DNA from: an uncultured Pelagibacteraceae bacterium
GTDB lineage: Bacteria; Pseudomonadota; Alphaproteobacteria; Pelagibacterales; Pelagibacteraceae
Length of the DNA: 64,000 nucleotides
NCBI GenBank assembly: GCA_902629285.1
Contig: CACOQN010000007.1
Span: 8,180 to 72,179, forward strand
Direction: 5' to 3'
Each line of letters begins with the position of its first letter. The stretch's first letter is position 1. The position numbers and the translations under genes were made by a program. Below, piece by piece: positions 1 to 8,863 of this stretch. The notes under the pieces are model-generated. The model did no database searches, was not told where the DNA came from, and saw only the letters and a list, made by a program, of their open reading frames with translations.

Positions 1-77
1 TGTTAAAATACGCTTATATATTGAAAAAACATTGAATTTACTTGTGTTTTTGATCATAAAATAGTTCAAATAAGCTA

Positions 78-350
78 CTAAATATCAAATTTTTCAGATC
101 TCAATAAACGCAGCTTTGTCTTAATTCCACCTCTCCCTGAGTATCCACCAAGGCCTCCATCGGACCGAATTACTCTATGACATGGTATTTTGGGGGCATA
201 AGGGTTTTTTCCACATGCATTAGCTACAGCACGCGCTGATTTAGGGCTTTCTAAAGCTATTGCTATCTGTTTATAGGTTTTAACAGTGCCTTTTGGTATA
301 GTTTTAAGGTAATTCCAGACTTTTAATTGAAATTTAGTACCTTTCATCAA
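78..350 (-). CDS. ogt: O6-methylguanine-DNA methyltransferase, minimal C-terminal-domain form
   Basis: IPCHRVI active-site motif; TYKQIA...SARAVANAC HTH. Confidence 0.92.
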   Translation of the reverse strand: MMKGTKFQLKVWNYLKTIPKGTVKTYKQIAIALESPKSARAVANACGKNPYAPKIPCHRVIRSDGGLGGYSGRGGIKTKLRLLRSEKFDI

Positions 351-550
351 TAAAAATTTAAAATAATGAAGCAGACAATAAAGAAAACAGTTAAAATTGA
401 AAGATAAATAGTTTCCAGTGTTTTTCCAGATTTTCTATAATTAATAAAGCTCAATATTGCAAAACCAATAGATGTTATTAAGAAATATATTGGTTCAATT
501 ATTCCATCTATGCCCATTTTTATATAATATTTCATACTTGTTGTTCTCAC
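347..550 (-). CDS. Small membrane protein, two predicted TM helices, start uncertain
   Basis: Two hydrophobic stretches; GTG start; 4-nt overlap with ogt. Confidence 0.6.
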   Translation of the reverse strand: MRTTSMKYYIKMGIDGIIEPIYFLITSIGFAILSFINYRKSGKTLETIYLSILTVFFIVCFIILNFY

Positions 551-614
551 AATGCCATTAATTGTCCTTTAAATTAATAAATTATTTTATTTGACATTAT
601 AAAATACTTGATAT

Positions 615-649
615 ATTACTAACGATAATTAATTGTTATCAATAGTAAT
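615..649. other. Imperfect inverted repeat (14-7-14), candidate recombinase target/operator
   Basis: ATTACTAACGATAA-TTAATTG-TTATCAATAGTAAT; 12/14 arm positions complementary; ends 3 nt before recombinase ATG. Confidence 0.6.
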
Positions 650-652
650 TAT

Positions 653-1606
653 ATGACTAACTTAACCACAGACCTTAGATCGCTTAATGAAGCAACTTTA
701 AATAACCTAAAGAGCTCTAAAGCAAACAATACTTTAAGAGCTTACAAATCAGATTTTAAGGATTTCGGAGCTTTTTGCGTCAAACATGGTTTAAATTCCT
801 TACCCTCAGAGCCTAAAATTGTTTCATTGTACCTAACTCATCTTTCTAAAAATTTGAAAGTAAGCACTTTAAGAAGAAGGTTAGTTTCAATAAGTATGGT
901 TCATAAGTTAAAAGGCCATTATTTAGATACAAAACATCCTATTATTCTTGAAAATTTAATGGGAATAAAAAGGGTAAAAGGAAGTGTTCAAAAAGGTAAA
1001 AAACCTATATTAATCAGTCATTTAAAATCAATAATTAATGTAATTGATGAGAAAACAATAAATGAAATTAAAAATTCAAGAGACAAAACACTAATCTTAA
1101 TAGGCTTTGGTGGTGGTTTTAGAAGAACCGAACTAATTTCAATTAACTATGAGGATTTAGAGTTTGTACCTGAGGGACTCAAAATCACTATCAGAAGATC
1201 AAAAACAGATCAATTTGGTGAAGGAATGATAAAAGGACTACCCTACTTCACTAATGAAAAATATTGCCCAGTAGTAAATCTAAAAAAATGGTTAGATGTT
1301 TCTAAAATTAATTCAGGTCCTATTTTTAGAAGCTTTACAAAAGGTTTATCTTTAACTGAAAAAAGATTAACAGACCAATCTGTAGTTTTGTTAATAAAAG
1401 AATATTTAAATTTGGCAGGAATAGAAAATAAAAATTTTGCTGGTCATAGCTTACGATCAGGTTTTGCTACTGTTGCAGCAGAAGCTGGCGCAGACGAAAG
1501 AAGTATAATGGCTATGACAGGACATAAAACAACACAAATGGTTAGAAGATATATAAAAGAAGCAAATTTATTTAAGAACAATGCTTTAAACAAAGTTAAA
1601 ATTTAA
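653..1606 (+). CDS. Tyrosine recombinase, Cre-like/phage integrase family
   Basis: GFRRTEL (R), RRSKTDQ (K), GHSLRSG (HxxR), TGH...VRRY (H, Y); N-terminal SAM-like core-binding domain. Confidence 0.93.
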   Translation: MTNLTTDLRSLNEATLNNLKSSKANNTLRAYKSDFKDFGAFCVKHGLNSLPSEPKIVSLYLTHLSKNLKVSTLRRRLVSISMVHKLKGHYLDTKHPIILENLMGIKRVKGSVQKGKKPILISHLKSIINVIDEKTINEIKNSRDKTLILIGFGGGFRRTELISINYEDLEFVPEGLKITIRRSKTDQFGEGMIKGLPYFTNEKYCPVVNLKKWLDVSKINSGPIFRSFTKGLSLTEKRLTDQSVVLLIKEYLNLAGIENKNFAGHSLRSGFATVAAEAGADERSIMAMTGHKTTQMVRRYIKEANLFKNNALNKVKI

Positions 1607-2502
1607 TTATCAAAATAAACTATATCATTTAATTGTCCAATTTTAGGAATAATGAATTTTTTTATAAAATTAAAATTAAACTTATCAATGACATAAACCT
1701 CTCCATCATAATATCGAGAATGTCTTAATTTTCTTTTGCCAATACCACTTTTGCCAATAAAAATATACTCAGAATTTGAAGTTATACCTCTTGTCCAGGA
1801 TTTAATGTCAATAATAAATTTTTTTTTATTATAACTATAAATTTTTCCCAAATTAGAGGATGAAATTAAATAATCATCATTATATTTTTCCAAATCATGA
1901 GTATGAAATACATTATATAGATTTTCTATAATACCAGCTTCCAATCCATCAATGGTTTTATTCTGATATAAAGCCTGAATTGGAATTTTGATAATCTGAG
2001 CATTTTGAAATAAATTTTTTTTGTGACCATTATTCAAACCAATGAAAAGAAAATTATCGTCAATATTGATTGCATTAATATGATTTTTATCATCACGGAT
2101 TTTGCCAATTTCTATAAAAAATTCAATTGAATTGTTTTCTAGATTTAAAACCTGAATTCTATTTTTACCAGTTTCCGTAATAAAAATAAAGTTTTTATAA
2201 GAAGCAATTTGATGAACATCATAAAGATTATTAATAATTATTTTATTCTTAGTGACACCATTTAAAAAGTCATAAATATGAATTATAACATCCGTAGACT
2301 TTTCGTAGTTGCTATTTATTAAATTTTCTCTTGATGCAAAAATAATATTACTATTATTAGAACAGCTTAAACAGGTTCCAAAAAAACCTTTGCTGGGAAA
2401 TTTAAAAATACCTTTATGCCAATTACCTATTATTTTTGAAATTCTATCATTTTTAAGATTATATTGATAAACGCCCCTACTTGAAGTAATGAATAAATTC
2501 AT
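1603..2502 (-). CDS. Hypothetical beta-propeller protein (DUF4915/TIGR03032-like)
   Basis: Repeated short beta strands; HINAI, HTHDL and WTRGIT motifs. Confidence 0.6.
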   Translation of the reverse strand: MNLFITSSRGVYQYNLKNDRISKIIGNWHKGIFKFPSKGFFGTCLSCSNNSNIIFASRENLINSNYEKSTDVIIHIYDFLNGVTKNKIIINNLYDVHQIASYKNFIFITETGKNRIQVLNLENNSIEFFIEIGKIRDDKNHINAINIDDNFLFIGLNNGHKKNLFQNAQIIKIPIQALYQNKTIDGLEAGIIENLYNVFHTHDLEKYNDDYLISSSNLGKIYSYNKKKFIIDIKSWTRGITSNSEYIFIGKSGIGKRKLRHSRYYDGEVYVIDKFNFNFIKKFIIPKIGQLNDIVYFDN

Positions 2503-2535
2503 TTAGTTAATTTAATATATATTTAGTTAAGAATT

Positions 2536-3525
2536 ATGAATATGCATAATATACATAAAACAGCTCTAATTGGTACAGGATATTGGGGTTCTATAATTGC
2601 TAAAACTTTAACGAAAATTACTAAAAAAAAAATTATAGTGTTTGACAAAAATAAACAAAATTCAAATTTATTAAAAAAAAAATTTAAACAAATAGTAGCT
2701 GCTAAAAATATTAATGAAATATTACTAAACAAAAGTATAGAAAATATAATATTGGCAACACATCCTAGTATTAATTTTAAACTTGGAAAAGAAGTACTAA
2801 AAAAAAAGAAAAACCTATTTGTTGAAAAACCTATAGTAACGAATCAAAATAAATTATTAAAATTAATTAAATTGTCTGAAAAAAATAATAAAATTTTTAT
2901 GGGAGGATATATATATTTATATAATTCTTTTATTCGGAAAATAAAAACAATACTAAATAAAAAACAACTTGGGCAAATAAAATTTATTGAAATTCAAAGA
3001 AAAAATTTAGGTCCAATAAGAAACGAAATAGACTCTCATCTTGATTTAGGATCACATGATATAAGTATATTAAAATATTTTTTCAAAAAAAAAGTAGTTG
3101 TTAAAAATATTGTTAAACGAAACATATTAAAAAAAAATATATCTGATATTAGTTCTATTAATTTAAAAATAGGTCAAATAAATTGCGAAATTATTTCTAG
3201 CTGGCTAAATCCAACAAAAGAAAGAAAAATTCTGATCATCGGTTCAAAAAAAATGTTAGTTTTTGATGAAATGGAAAAAACTAACAAACTTAAAATTTTT
3301 AATAAATATGCATTTTACCCACCATTAACTAAATTTAAAAAAGATTATACATCAAATAGTGCCAGAATATATTTAGGAAAAACGAAAAAAATCAAAGTTA
3401 AAGAAAATGATACTTTAAGAAATGAATTAATTCATTTTGAAAAAAAGTGTTTTAAGAATCAGGAACCATTAACTAATGGTAGATTTTGTTTAGATGTACT
3501 TAAAACTATTAATTACAAAAGTTAA
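2536..3525 (+). CDS. Gfo/Idh/MocA NAD-dependent oxidoreductase, WbpB/WlbA-like sugar C3-dehydrogenase
   Basis: GTGYWG Rossmann motif, VEKP, DLGSHD. Confidence 0.85.
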   Translation: MNMHNIHKTALIGTGYWGSIIAKTLTKITKKKIIVFDKNKQNSNLLKKKFKQIVAAKNINEILLNKSIENIILATHPSINFKLGKEVLKKKKNLFVEKPIVTNQNKLLKLIKLSEKNNKIFMGGYIYLYNSFIRKIKTILNKKQLGQIKFIEIQRKNLGPIRNEIDSHLDLGSHDISILKYFFKKKVVVKNIVKRNILKKNISDISSINLKIGQINCEIISSWLNPTKERKILIIGSKKMLVFDEMEKTNKLKIFNKYAFYPPLTKFKKDYTSNSARIYLGKTKKIKVKENDTLRNELIHFEKKCFKNQEPLTNGRFCLDVLKTINYKS

Positions 3526-3611
3526 TTAATATTATTATAGAGTCAATTAAAATAATAAATAAAAGGAACTGTATCAAATTTTTTTAACAATATTTATGAT
3601 TATTTAAATTT

Positions 3612-4697
3612 CTAAAATGAATTTAAAACTTTAACAACTTTTTTTACTTCCGATTTTTTTAAAACCGGGTCAATTGGCAGACTTAAACATCTAGATGCAA
3701 TATACTCAGAATTAACAAATTTTTTATTTTTAAATAATTTACTAAAGCATTTAAGCTTATTAATTGGATTAGGATAATGTATTCCATATTGTATTTGATT
3801 TTTTTCCAAATGTTTTATTAAACTTTTTCTATTTTTTACTAAAACAACATATTGATGATAAACAGCATTTTTACTGTATTTAATGATATTTATTTTATTA
3901 TTTTTAATATTTTTTTTATAAAAATTTGCAATATTTTTTCTTTTTAAATTAAATTTCTTTAATGATTTTAATTTTAGATTTAACAAAGATGCTTGAATAC
4001 TGTCTAATCTACTATTGACACCTATTTCATCATGAATATTTTTTCTTTTTTGACCAAGATTTCTTAACTTTATTATTTTTTGGTAAAATTTGTTTTTGTT
4101 TGTAGTAATCATTCCTCCATCCCCATAACAACCAAGATTTTTTCCTGGATAAAAACTGTAGCAGGATAAGTCGCTATGTTTGCCAATATTATTTCCAAAA
4201 TTATCTTTACCCCCGTGTGCCTGAGCTGAATCCTCAATAATAAAAATTTTTTTATTTTTGATAATATTTTTAATCTCTTTAATATTAACAACTCCACCAT
4301 ATAAATTAACTGGCAAAATAACTTTTGTTTTTGAACTTAAATTTTTTTTAATTTCACTTAATGAAATCAAACAATCATCTTTATTAACATCAACCAAAAT
4401 AGGCTTTAAATTATTATTCACAATGGCTAATACTGTGGAAACCCAAGTCATAGCAGGAACTATTACTTCGGAATTTTTTGGTAAATTAAGAACCTTAAGG
4501 GCCAAATACAATGCATCGGTTCCATTGGCACATCCAACAGCAAATTTCGACTTTGTAAAATTTGAAAAATTAATTTCAAAATTCTTAACACTTTGACCTA
4601 AAATAAAATCACTTTTTTTGAAATGTTTTCGAAGCAATCCAATAAAAGTATTATGTAAATGTTTATCCTGTTTGTTAATGTCATAAAATTTAATCAT
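3612..4697 (-). CDS. DegT/DnrJ/EryC1/StrS PLP aminotransferase (WbpE/FdtB-like)
   Basis: EDSAQAHG, SFYPGKNLGCYGDGG (PLP Lys), GVNSRLD; ATG at 4697 preferred to TTG at 4703. Confidence 0.92.
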   Translation of the reverse strand: MIKFYDINKQDKHLHNTFIGLLRKHFKKSDFILGQSVKNFEINFSNFTKSKFAVGCANGTDALYLALKVLNLPKNSEVIVPAMTWVSTVLAIVNNNLKPILVDVNKDDCLISLSEIKKNLSSKTKVILPVNLYGGVVNIKEIKNIIKNKKIFIIEDSAQAHGGKDNFGNNIGKHSDLSCYSFYPGKNLGCYGDGGMITTNKNKFYQKIIKLRNLGQKRKNIHDEIGVNSRLDSIQASLLNLKLKSLKKFNLKRKNIANFYKKNIKNNKINIIKYSKNAVYHQYVVLVKNRKSLIKHLEKNQIQYGIHYPNPINKLKCFSKLFKNKKFVNSEYIASRCLSLPIDPVLKKSEVKKVVKVLNSF

Positions 4698-5448
4698 AAA
4701 CAATTTTTATATTATTTTTCACATACCTTATATCAGATATTTTTTTATTATTAAGAAAAGGTAATTGCATTGGAGGAAAAATAAATGCTTTAATCTGATT
4801 AAAATGTTTATCAGTAATTTTTTTTAATCTAAAATATTTCATTTTTTGATAATTCACCGATGATCTAGAAAAATAAGATCCTTTTTTTAATTTTTGTTTT
4901 TTAATTTTATATTTTTTATTTAAAATATTCTTAAAATTTTTTTTAAGTAGTTTAAGTGAATAAAACATTAAATTGTGGTAATTTTTAAAAGCATTAGTAT
5001 TTCTCCCAATTTTAAATTTTGTTGACGCGATTATGGGTCCTGTATCAATACCTTTATCTATTTTATGTAAAGTAATACCTGAAATTTTCTCTCCATAAAA
5101 AATTTGTAAAAAGTTGGTATGACATCCTCGATATTTGGGTAGTAAACTAAAATGAAAATTGAATAACTCTTTAGATAAAAATTTTTTTATATCTATTATT
5201 AAATCATATTCAATTGAAATGAATATTAAATTTTTTATCTTATAAAGTTCATTTATACTAACTATTCTATATCTATGTTTTTTTGCATATTTCCTTAATG
5301 AAGGCTGCCATGTGTCGGCCCCTTTATCTCTTTTACTTGGTAAGACTAAAATATTTTTTTTACTTACTTTTGATGAAATAAATTTTAGAAAGTCTATCGA
5401 ACATTTGTTCATCCCTGCTACGCATATAATATTATTTTGACCAAACAT
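4690..5448 (-). CDS. Sugar N-formyltransferase (10-formyl-THF dependent)
   Basis: NFHFSLLPKYRG and IDTGPII give the N/H/D catalytic triad; ATG at 5448 overlaps the GT stop (track start 5472 is an alternative). Confidence 0.85.
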   Translation of the reverse strand: MFGQNNIICVAGMNKCSIDFLKFISSKVSKKNILVLPSKRDKGADTWQPSLRKYAKKHRYRIVSINELYKIKNLIFISIEYDLIIDIKKFLSKELFNFHFSLLPKYRGCHTNFLQIFYGEKISGITLHKIDKGIDTGPIIASTKFKIGRNTNAFKNYHNLMFYSLKLLKKNFKNILNKKYKIKKQKLKKGSYFSRSSVNYQKMKYFRLKKITDKHFNQIKAFIFPPMQLPFLNNKKISDIRYVKNNIKIVYD

Positions 5449-7525
5449 ATTTAAAATTTTTTTTTGTGTCAAAAATTTTGTTTATTATAAAATCAGCAAT
5501 AATATTATTTTGAAAATAATTAAAATAACTTTTTTTACTTCTTATAGATCTTATTCTTAACTCTTTAGGTTTGTTGATTATTCTAATTAATTTATCAATC
5601 AAGTCTTCATGTCTCTCATAAATTATAATTTCATCATTATCAAAAAAATCCTGATATTTAACTTTTGAATGAATTAAAGTTAATACACCGTTACCCATTA
5701 ATGACGCTATCCTATTACTAGAAGCGTATTTATTGGGACCTCCCCTACTTAGATTGAGTGCCGTTTTAGATGTCATTAGCTCATTTGAATAAGCATAATT
5801 CCATTTAGGTTCTTCATTATATAATCCTAAAATATTAAAATTAATTTGATTATTTGACTGTAATATTAATTTATCAATAAAATTATATCTTTCATCAATT
5901 GTATTTTTTTTCAATTTTCCATAATTTACACCATGACTCAGTGCAAAAAATAAATCTTTATCCTTTTTTACATTATAAAATTTTCCATTTTCAATATTTG
6001 GATCAACTGGAATTGGTAAAAAATTGATTTTATTTTTCTTAATTTTAGTTTTAATTATATCTGGTGCTGTTGTGATAAAATAATGATCAATCAAATCATT
6101 ATTTTTTTCTATTAAATCTAGATTTTTTCTATAACTAGGATCTCCTTTCATTACATGATCTTCATACCATAAAGCAATTTTAACTCTAAATTTTTCTTTT
6201 AAAATTAACATTGTACTTCTTGATAAAGAATTGTTGTGACCAAATAATATTAAATCAGGTCTATAATTTTTTGTTATTGAAATAATTTTTTTATCTAAAG
6301 AATTATTTAAAAATAAACCTTCATTATGGTTTCTATAATCAAAATCAATTACGTCATGACCGTTACGAATAAAGCCATTTGAAATTTTTTTAGCTATAGA
6401 TAGGTTAAATAAACGATGATTATTTTTAATTCCAAAATTAGAAATATGCAAAATTTTAAAAGTTTTGTTAACCGCTGAAATTAATATTTTTTTTCTTATT
6501 CTTAATTTATCTAATGCATTAACACTTTCGTACGGCTTATGAATAACATTATTAAAATTTTTTTTTTGAATTTTGTTAAGTAAACTCTTATTTTCTATTA
6601 AATTTGAAATAGCATTAATTAATTCTTTCTTATTGTTGTTTTTCAATACATAGTTGTTTTCAAATGTTTCAGATAATCCTCCACTTTTTGATGTGATAAC
6701 AGCACATCCCCTAGAAGCACTTTCTAAAGCAGTACGACCAAAAGGTTCATCCCATGTAGGATTTACTACTGATATTGAAGATTTTTCATAAACTTTGAGT
6801 AAATCTTTATGGCTTATCCAATTATTTATTTTTAATCTTGAATGTGAAAAATTAAAACTTTCTCTTTGCTCATTTCCATAAACCAAAGCTTCCCATTTAG
6901 TATATTTTTTTAAAATTTTAATTATTGCACTTCCAAAAATTCCAAAACCTTTGCTTTTGTTTAATTTACCTGAAAAAACAATAATATTTTTTTTTTTAGG
7001 AAATTTATTAATTGTATTTATGAAGTTATAAATTACTTGAACATTGTTTTTATGACTAAAACTTAAATTTAAGAAAAATCTTTTTTTAACCCAATTACTT
7101 ACAAATATAATTTTATTGCAATTTTCTAATAAAAACTTTTTATAATCTGGTTTGTTACTATATCTTATTGTATTAGGGTCATTATGAAAAATTAAATTAA
7201 TTTTAAGATGAGGATTGTTTTTAATTAAATAATATGCGTATTCAGGTCGATTATGAATTTCAACGATTGAAATATTTCTTTTTTTAATTTCATAATCAAT
7301 ATTTTTAATATACTGCAAGTTTGTATAAAATTTACTTTTTACACTTATTGGTATAACGTTTTTATTAAGATATTTATAATAATTAGGAAGTTTTTTGCAA
7401 AAAATAAAATCTATATTTTTTTTAGTGTTTTTTAAATAGTAATCCACCCATATTGAAACTGCTCCAAAATCTTTATCAGAAAAACTTTCTTTTAGAGGAA
7501 GAATAATCGCTGATTTATTACTCAT
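5432..7525 (-). CDS. Two-module glycosyltransferase: N-terminal GT4 plus C-terminal CgeB-like GT-B
   Basis: EPFGRTALE GT4 motif; second module with ALNLSR...SNRIASLMGNG; 697 aa. Confidence 0.85.
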   Translation of the reverse strand: MSNKSAIILPLKESFSDKDFGAVSIWVDYYLKNTKKNIDFIFCKKLPNYYKYLNKNVIPISVKSKFYTNLQYIKNIDYEIKKRNISIVEIHNRPEYAYYLIKNNPHLKINLIFHNDPNTIRYSNKPDYKKFLLENCNKIIFVSNWVKKRFFLNLSFSHKNNVQVIYNFINTINKFPKKKNIIVFSGKLNKSKGFGIFGSAIIKILKKYTKWEALVYGNEQRESFNFSHSRLKINNWISHKDLLKVYEKSSISVVNPTWDEPFGRTALESASRGCAVITSKSGGLSETFENNYVLKNNNKKELINAISNLIENKSLLNKIQKKNFNNVIHKPYESVNALDKLRIRKKILISAVNKTFKILHISNFGIKNNHRLFNLSIAKKISNGFIRNGHDVIDFDYRNHNEGLFLNNSLDKKIISITKNYRPDLILFGHNNSLSRSTMLILKEKFRVKIALWYEDHVMKGDPSYRKNLDLIEKNNDLIDHYFITTAPDIIKTKIKKNKINFLPIPVDPNIENGKFYNVKKDKDLFFALSHGVNYGKLKKNTIDERYNFIDKLILQSNNQINFNILGLYNEEPKWNYAYSNELMTSKTALNLSRGGPNKYASSNRIASLMGNGVLTLIHSKVKYQDFFDNDEIIIYERHEDLIDKLIRIINKPKELRIRSIRSKKSYFNYFQNNIIADFIINKIFDTKKNFKYVWSK

Positions 7526-7527
7526 AG

Positions 7528-7797
7528 TTATTTATCTTGTTTGTATCTTAAAAATTTTAATTTAATCTTATTTCTTAATTTATAATTTTTTTTTAATTTG
7601 TATTCCTCTTTCATTGCTACCTGTTTATTTAGGTATTTTTTCTTAAATATTAATTCCCAATTAGATCCTCTTGTAAATTTAGCTCCTTTACCCGAATTAT
7701 GTAAGGATAATCTTTTTTTAATATTATTTGTATAACCTACATATGAAATTACTTTATCATTTTTTATTGTAGCTATTAAGTAAACGAAATATTGCAT
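7528..7797 (-). CDS. GIY-YIG nuclease family protein (UPF0213/YhbQ-like)
   Basis: YFVY...YVGYT...R...HNSGKGAKFTR...E. Confidence 0.9.
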   Translation of the reverse strand: MQYFVYLIATIKNDKVISYVGYTNNIKKRLSLHNSGKGAKFTRGSNWELIFKKKYLNKQVAMKEEYKLKKNYKLRNKIKLKFLRYKQDK

Positions 7798-7799
7798 TT

Positions 7800-7874
7800 T
7801 GGCGGTCCCTAGGGGAATCGAACCCCTCTTTCGAGGATGAAAACCACGTGTCCTAACCGATAGACGAAGGGACC
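7800..7874 (-). tRNA. tRNA-Glu (anticodon TTC)
   Basis: Reverse complement GGTCCCT...TTTTCAT...GGTTCGATTCC...GGGACCGCCA. Confidence 0.95.
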
Positions 7875-7921
7875 GAATTGCTGTTTTTTATTGTAAAATC
7901 AATAATTAATCAAGCATATCA

Positions 7922-8863
7922 TTATATGTTTTTTTTTAGTTTTATTACTTTTTTTAATCCTGACGATTTATGTGTCACTAATGTCTCTGAAATGAATTCA
8001 TTATCTTGAATTTCTATACCTTTAACCAAGTCTCCAGAAGTAATCCCAGTTGCACAAAAAATTGAGTCACCTGCAACTATCTCATTTAATTCATATTTTT
8101 TTTTTAAATCATTTATACCCATTTTTTTTGCTCTTATTTTATCTTTCTCAGTTTCAAATAGAAATCTTCCTTGAAAATTACAATTATATGCATCTAAAGC
8201 AGATGCAGCAAGAACACCTTCTGGTCCTCCACCAATACCTAAAAAAATGTCAACATTATATTTATCATCAGTTACTAGTAAAGCACCAGATACATCACCA
8301 TCTGTAATTAGTTTTAAATTAACTTTTAATCTTTTTAGTTCATCTATAACTTCTTTATGTCTTGGTCTATCAAGAATACATGCGGTTAAATTTTCTGGAT
8401 TCTTATTAAGATAATCACTTAAGTTAGAAATATTTTGTTCAACTGTATAATCTAAATCAATGACATTTTTTTCAGTTACTTTAGATGATATTTTTTCCAT
8501 ATAGGTTTCTGGTGCATTAAACAAACTATTCTTTTCTGCTACAGCTATTACAGATAAAGCTCCAGGTAGATTGTTTGCAGCAAAATTAGTACCTTCTAAT
8601 GGATCTACAGCTATATCAAATTCAGGACCATTATTTGTACCAAGTTTTTCTCCAATATATAACATTGGTGCCTCGTCTAACTCACCTTCACCTATTACTA
8701 TCTTACCTTTCATCTCTAAACAGTTTAATTCGAACCTCATAGAATCTACAGCTGCTTTATCAGCTGCTATTTTATCTTTTTTTCCAACTAAGTAAGATGA
8801 TGCTAAGGCTGCTTTAGAAGTTATGGAAGCAAATTTATTTATAAAATTTTTATTAATAGTCAT
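7922..8863 (-). CDS. glpX: Fructose-1,6-bisphosphatase class II
   Basis: VIGEGELDEAPML, DPLEGT, DGDV, GGPEGV. Confidence 0.96.
   Translation of the reverse strand: MTINKNFINKFASITSKAALASSYLVGKKDKIAADKAAVDSMRFELNCLEMKGKIVIGEGELDEAPMLYIGEKLGTNNGPEFDIAVDPLEGTNFAANNLPGALSVIAVAEKNSLFNAPETYMEKISSKVTEKNVIDLDYTVEQNISNLSDYLNKNPENLTACILDRPRHKEVIDELKRLKVNLKLITDGDVSGALLVTDDKYNVDIFLGIGGGPEGVLAASALDAYNCNFQGRFLFETEKDKIRAKKMGINDLKKKYELNEIVAGDSIFCATGITSGDLVKGIEIQDNEFISETLVTHKSSGLKKVIKLKKNI

Noticed and set aside
653-7874. Prophage or integrative element from the recombinase to tRNA-Glu
   Set aside because: No duplicate of the tRNA-Glu 3' end was found by eye, and there are no phage or conjugation genes
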